Shown here piece by piece: positions 15,856 to 20,116 of a stretch of DNA of 20,116 nt (position 1 is its first letter; every line of letters begins with the position of its first letter). Where the stretch lies: NCBI GenBank assembly GCA_040220235.1, contig JAVJTO010000045.1; one strand, 5' to 3'. The stretch comes from Coleofasciculus sp. B1-GNL1-01 (GTDB lineage: Bacteria; Cyanobacteriota; Cyanobacteriia; Cyanobacteriales; Coleofasciculaceae). Under the pieces are notes generated by a model that saw only the letters and a list, made by a program, of their open reading frames with translations, had not been told where the DNA came from and ran no database searches. Made by a program: the position numbers and the translations under genes.

Positions 15856-16587
15856 TTAATAGGTTTGAAATCCCTTCCCTATCCCATAACGCACCGTCCG
15901 AAATTCCACGCAGTTTGTCTCTGGGTCATAAAGCGTATAAGTAGCTTTTCCGGGTTCTCGTCCCACATTACCCACCCCAATTACTCGCCGAGGAGATACT
16001 GTCGCTGTCTGAACTGGCTGTTGACCATCAAGAGTGGTTACTTGGGAGGAGACGGAACCCTCTTGCAGTTCGTACTCAAACGTTAAACCAGACCGACCGC
16101 AAAATAGGTTATTCGCACCTATACGCATTAAGCGATCGCACAATTGCCAGGGGGGTGTCTGAGGAGTCAGTTTATCATCCACACTCACACTACTACCATG
16201 AATCAGCAAGCAATCGAGTTCAAAGAAGCCAAAATCTAGAGAACGAATCCATTCAACAGTTTGACGAGAAACGCTATTCCAAAGTTCTTGAACGGTATCA
16301 GCACCATAGTATTCGATCAATTGAGTCGGTTCGCCTGTAGTCCCCAATCCATAAAGAATCAAACATTGTTCCTCCCACCATCCTGTACAAACATTGGGAA
16401 TCAGTTCATTTGATTTAGGAAAACGAATCCGCTGTACTACCCGCTCGCTTTCTGGTCTAGGACTAATAAAATCCCCCAAGATATAGATATCCTCCACCCA
16501 CCGTTTCTGACGTTTGATATCCGTAAGTACCGCTTCATAAGCCGCGATATTCCCTTCAATTCCACTTAATATTGCCCAGTTTTTCAT
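15856..16587 (-). CDS. Metallophosphoesterase-fold protein with degenerate metal ligands
   Basis: Colinear with 18287..19096, but the motifs read SGIEGN, LGDFI, GWWEE, IHGS, CGRSG, GNVGREPGKATY. Confidence 0.8.
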   Translation of the reverse strand: MKNWAILSGIEGNIAAYEAVLTDIKRQKRWVEDIYILGDFISPRPESERVVQRIRFPKSNELIPNVCTGWWEEQCLILYGLGTTGEPTQLIEYYGADTVQELWNSVSRQTVEWIRSLDFGFFELDCLLIHGSSVSVDDKLTPQTPPWQLCDRLMRIGANNLFCGRSGLTFEYELQEGSVSSQVTTLDGQQPVQTATVSPRRVIGVGNVGREPGKATYTLYDPETNCVEFRTVRYGIGKGFQTY

Positions 16588-16652
16588 TGGTTATTCGTTA
16601 GCCGTCAAGTATCAAGCTCTATTCGAGTCAGAACTTACGCAAAACCTATACA

Positions 16653-18257
16653 CTACTTACGTTTCAATAGTGAAGCGACACCTATTGCACCAAACGCTAA
16701 TAGGCTTATTGCAGAATCAGGTTCAGGCACTGACTGCCGACCATTGATGTAGTATTGCGTCTTCTCCCAAACCTGCCCTCCGATGGTTCGCCCCAAAACC
16801 CTTCCATTTAGATCTCCATCGAGAAAGTGGATACCACCATATAACCGAGAAATTCCGGCTTCATCAGCAGCTTCTGAAAAGGTAGTCCAGCAAAGCAGTA
16901 CGTCAGTTGCTGGTGTACCCGTTTCAAAGGCAGAGCTATTGGCTGGTTGGATATGGCAAGCGCCGAAGTAATCATTCCCTGTAAACCGTTTCAGAATCTC
17001 GGCACTAGCGGCGCTGAAAGTACTGTGTCCCGATACATATTCGGCAAAAGGAGGCGTGACAAAGCTAATCTTCTGGTAAGGCAGCCAGGTTGAACCATCC
17101 ATCCACTGGGAGCCTTGATTAGAACCCGCCCAAGCGTAGATTTCTTGAACGCCCGTGTCTGGATTGGTGCGGACATAGGGGTGATTATCAGGTAATAGAT
17201 GGTTCTGTGCCAGATATCGGATGGCTGTCACCGGACGGACGTAATCATAGAATCGTTTGGCATCCCAAGCCGCAATCCCAGCGTCGAAGACAGCGTTGCC
17301 TAAGGCAAAGAACATCTTTACATCATCGTCAAGGGTGTGGATATCTCTCTGAGAGATATACTCGCCAAAAAGGTTCCAGTGACCGGGTGGCAGTACAGTT
17401 GCCGGACCGTCTGCCCAGTACTCAGCGATTACTTTTTGCTCGTCCGTGAGTTCGGCACTGTACTCAATGAGTTGCAAAGCCTGATCAATGTACTCCTGAG
17501 TGCCAAACTGCGCCGGGGGGGGAGGTAAGAATTGATCACCAGATGTCAGGGCAAAGGGGAACACCTCTCCCCAGTGGGGTGTGAGGAACTTTTGAACAGT
17601 AACGCCATTGTTGACGTTCAACGGTTGCCAGCGATTCGGATCGTTAACTGTATCCCAGGTGTTGACTGGCACATAGCCAGTGGTGTCAGCGTAACCGTTT
17701 AATTGGTTTGAACCATCGTTGTGCCGGAAATTAAGTAAAGCCTGGGCAACGACGTTACCAATTCCAGCCGCCGTACTGATGTCGATGGTTGGGGTGTAAG
17801 TGTAATCCAGGCTAGTCATCAGGTCATCAAATAAAGAAACCTGAGACGGGAATAGGTCTACCAGTGTGGTGTAAGCAGCATAGCTGATAGCCTCGCTTTT
17901 GTTCTCATCGGTAATGAACTCCTCAGAGACTTGGAGATTATCTCCCAATTGAGTGCCGATTGCTATTGGGTCGTAGGCAGCCCAGGCATCGAAGATGCTG
18001 GTATGTACAATGCCGAGAACCCGCGATACTGGCGTGGGTCCAAGATTTGTATTGCTGATTGCTTGTAGAGTGACATTGTTCCATTTGGCAACTACAGTTG
18101 CATCATTACTCAAGGTAAAGCCACCCAAGGTAGCAGCTTTGGTTGGTAACCCAAGAAATAAGCTTGCTACTGCTACTCCAACGGATAAGTATGATTTGAT
18201 TCTTTGTTGTGTGTGCAGCTCAGGGAGAGTCTTACGCCTAAAAATGGGGTTTTTCAT
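16653..18257 (-). CDS. Vanadium-dependent haloperoxidase/PAP2-superfamily protein with signal peptide and PEP-CTERM sorting signal
   Basis: AKRFYDYVRP (Kx6RP), PPFAEYVSGH, SRLYGGIHFLDGD; C-terminal VPEP, TM segment, KRK. Likely ATG at 18257 (ORF extends to 18299). Confidence 0.88.
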   Translation of the reverse strand: MKNPIFRRKTLPELHTQQRIKSYLSVGVAVASLFLGLPTKAATLGGFTLSNDATVVAKWNNVTLQAISNTNLGPTPVSRVLGIVHTSIFDAWAAYDPIAIGTQLGDNLQVSEEFITDENKSEAISYAAYTTLVDLFPSQVSLFDDLMTSLDYTYTPTIDISTAAGIGNVVAQALLNFRHNDGSNQLNGYADTTGYVPVNTWDTVNDPNRWQPLNVNNGVTVQKFLTPHWGEVFPFALTSGDQFLPPPPAQFGTQEYIDQALQLIEYSAELTDEQKVIAEYWADGPATVLPPGHWNLFGEYISQRDIHTLDDDVKMFFALGNAVFDAGIAAWDAKRFYDYVRPVTAIRYLAQNHLLPDNHPYVRTNPDTGVQEIYAWAGSNQGSQWMDGSTWLPYQKISFVTPPFAEYVSGHSTFSAASAEILKRFTGNDYFGACHIQPANSSAFETGTPATDVLLCWTTFSEAADEAGISRLYGGIHFLDGDLNGRVLGRTIGGQVWEKTQYYINGRQSVPEPDSAISLLAFGAIGVASLLKRK

Positions 18258-18286
18258 GCTAAATATGGGAACACCACAATTAATAG

Positions 18287-19096
18287 TTATCGCGTACAAA
18301 TGTGAGTTGGGTCATCGGCTTTTTCGGCATACTCCAGCCCTCGCGCCAACCGCCACGCAAAGATAGGAGGTAAACCTTTAGCCATAATGGCAGCACAGGT
18401 TTTTTGGTAGTCGTACTCAACCTCTCTAAGTGTTACCTGATCGGTGTCGGTGTCGTAAATAACATAAGTCGCATTGGGGCGTCCGTGACGGGGTTCTCCG
18501 ACGGAACCTACATTAACAATACGTTTGAGGGGAGCATTAAACGTTTGCTGTTGTTGTTGTCCCTCTGCCCTAATCTTGACTTGTAGTTGCCCTGCCTCCA
18601 GAGTACGAATATAAGGTACATGAGTATGTCCGCAAAAGAGGATATCTGCATCTACAGATAATACTCGTTCTGAGGCGAGAAAAGCATCTAAGGTCGGTAA
18701 CAAATACTCGTGGTTGCTCTGAGGACTACCGTGAACAAAACAGAGGTTTCCGTCTTTTAAGCTATGAGGCAATTGTTCCAAAAATTCTCGTGTTTCCGGG
18801 TGAATTTCCTGGTTAGTCCATTCATGGGCAAGACGACCCCGTTTTTCGGCTAATACTGAAGGATAGGAACATTCGCAGGCATTGAGTCCTTCGACAACAT
18901 CTTCATCCCAACATCCTTGGCAAGTGGGAATATCCAACGAGCGAATTTGTTCGACTACGGCATTAGGATAGGGACTATAACCTACTAAGTCACCCACGCA
19001 AAAAATTTTGTCAGCATTTTGGCGATCAATATCTAATAAAACGGCATCTAAGGCTTCGTAATTACCGTGAATGCAAGAGATAACAGCGAGTTTCAT
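18287..19096 (-). CDS. Metallophosphoesterase (calcineurin-like, YfcE/Metallophos_2 type) with Cys substitutions
   Basis: SCIHGN, GDLVGY, GCWD, VHGSP, CGHTH, NVGSVGEPRHG. Confidence 0.9.
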   Translation of the reverse strand: MKLAVISCIHGNYEALDAVLLDIDRQNADKIFCVGDLVGYSPYPNAVVEQIRSLDIPTCQGCWDEDVVEGLNACECSYPSVLAEKRGRLAHEWTNQEIHPETREFLEQLPHSLKDGNLCFVHGSPQSNHEYLLPTLDAFLASERVLSVDADILFCGHTHVPYIRTLEAGQLQVKIRAEGQQQQQTFNAPLKRIVNVGSVGEPRHGRPNATYVIYDTDTDQVTLREVEYDYQKTCAAIMAKGLPPIFAWRLARGLEYAEKADDPTHICTR

Positions 19097-19188
19097 ACTT
19101 CCTCTAAGTCTTCTTCTAATGATTCTTTAATTTGTTGCTGGTAGTGATGAATGGCAGTGTCGGATAAACAACAATCTTTTAAGGTTTG
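19093..19188 (-). pseudogene. C-terminal 31 codons of a second CobW_C-like gene
   Basis: QTLKDCCLSDTAIHHYQQQIKESLEEDLEEV matches the end of 11172..11783, with the same ATGA overlap. Confidence 0.85.
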
Positions 19189-19342
19189 AGAAAGACAGTT
19201 CGGATAATGAAGATGTCATTTTATATACCCCTAAGAAATGGAGTCAAGAATTTGGGTCATGGTTCAGGGAGCCAAAACGTGAGCTTTGGGGATAAGAATG
19301 GTCAGCCGAAAAATCGCAAGTTGAGCGGCGACAATGCTAGGG

Positions 19343-19662
19343 GCGATCGCCCCAATCCCCAACTCATACGCCTGCTTCACCTCATCAAGTCGCAGATCCA
19401 GCGTGTAGCGGTAGCAACCGGGCATCGATGGTACTTCTTCCCGCTGCCCCTCTCCTTCCATCACAAACAAGGGATAGATCAAATCTTCGACCCGCAGAAC
19501 ATTCTCCCGCACCATCCGACGCAGGGTTTCACTTCGCCGCAAGCGCCGAGGACGGTGTATGATGGCTGGCACCGTAGAGTTGGCTTGACGATCAGAATCA
19601 GAGGGTTCGATTGCTGCCTGTGGAGTTTGAGGTGCAAGCGTTGAGGCTTCAGTCAGGCTCAT
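19343..19662 (-). pseudogene. hemB: Truncated porphobilinogen synthase (first ~107 codons)
   Basis: [46 protein letters not shown]. Similarity ends at HIP1 (19343-19350); the frame runs on to a stop at 19264. Confidence 0.88.
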
Positions 19663-19667
19663 AGTAG

Positions 19668-19686
19668 AATGAGAATGGTTATCATT
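19668..19686. promoter_or_regulatory. Putative Zur (Fur-family) box between divergent hemB and zur-like genes
   Basis: AA-TGAGAATGGTTATCA-TT, close to the cyanobacterial Zur 7-1-7 consensus TGATAATnATTATCA; flanked by opposite-strand TAGAAT hexamers (19665-19670 +, 19692-19697 -). Confidence 0.7.
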
Positions 19687-19708
19687 CGCCTATTCTACAG
19701 CACCCGCC

Positions 19709-19984
19709 GTGAAAAGTGACTCATCATCTCAAGAAAGTGCAACCTATTCGCCTCGTCTGACTCGCAATCAGCAAGCGGTGCTGGATGTCCTGCTAAGCCA
19801 AGCGGATGCCCGCTCAGCCCAGGAGTTGTATAGCCTGCTGCGTGAACGACAGGCGATCGGGTTGGCAACGGTGTATCGGGCATTAGAAACGTTGAAATTG
19901 CATGGATTGATCAAAAGTCGAATGGGGGCAAACGGCGAAGCGTTATACAGCCCCGTAGCACTTGACCAGCACTACCTTACATGA
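19709..19984 (+). pseudogene. Fur-family regulator (Zur-like), truncated by IS insertion before the CxxC motif
   Basis: RLTRNQQAVL..SAQELY..IGLATVYRALETL..GEALYS..DQHYLT then stop; the dimerisation/Zn domain is missing. Confidence 0.85.
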
Positions 19985-20116
19985 TAGCGATGGTGAAAGC
20001 CCTCGTGTTTTAACCGAGGGATGAAACCGAGCGAAGCGTCCAGCATAGCAGCTTTAGCTGCGAGTCTTAGAAACCGTCCTGATGGTAGCTAATTAATGGA
20101 GTATACTGGGATAAGG
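19981..20116 (+). mobile_element. Left end of a second IS200/IS605-family element (runs off the window)
   Basis: TTAC (19977-19980), then AAAG (19996-19999) before hairpin CCCTCG/CGAGGG (20000-20020): the AAAG/TTAC guide-target pair known from IS608. Confidence 0.75.

Larger units (their letters stand above)
280..19350. repeat. HIP1 octamers GCGATCGC, about 18 dispersed copies
   Basis: Counted by eye at 280, 685, 1303, 1481, 1611, 2437, 3361, 4662, 5209, 11269, 12177, 12348, 13037, 14715, 15150, 15834, 16132 and 19343; none seen in 5217-11268. Confidence 0.9.

Noticed and set aside
2221..18586. Other short overlapping ORFs (e.g. 2221..2562, 3517..3798, 12944..13357, 17995..18366)
   Set aside because: Antisense or off-frame shadows of well-supported genes.
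19205..19221. AATGA..TCATT inverted repeat as a second Zur box
   Set aside because: Spacing and core do not fit the 7-1-7 consensus.
19186..19644. 152-aa plus-strand ORF
   Set aside because: Antisense shadow of hemB with no recognisable motifs.

Overview
Cyanobacterial DNA (about 18 HIP1 GCGATCGC sites, GTAG-type palindromes, heptamer tandem repeat) with three blocks. (1) 1-6340: a Crp-family regulator, a secreted DsrE-like protein, and a cobalamin-riboswitch-led minus-strand cluster: a 24-codon leader ORF, metE, an unknown protein, a delta-9-type desaturase and a paralog of the unknown protein. (2) 6304-10973: nested mobile DNA. A complete group II intron (RT/maturase/HNH) sits exactly in the RuvC-III Asp codon of a tnpB remnant, which is cut off by an IS200/IS605 element with a broken tnpA and an intact tnpB. 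(3) 10974-20116: a shuffled, partly decayed zinc-starvation (Zur-type) region. It holds two partial copies of a CobW_C-like gene/metallophosphoesterase unit, a second degenerate metallophosphoesterase, a PEP-CTERM vanadium-haloperoxidase/PAP2 protein, a C39-peptidase ABC exporter with HlyD, a hemB truncated at a HIP1 site, a Zur-like box and a Fur/Zur gene interrupted by another IS200/IS605 left end. Most notable: the predicted TnpB guide matches 22/22 nt in the intact paralog 8 kb away, next to a TAM-like motif; the B12-regulated metE/unknown/desaturase/unknown cluster; and the riboswitch-coupled leader peptide. All calls come from reading the sequence by eye; no searches were run.
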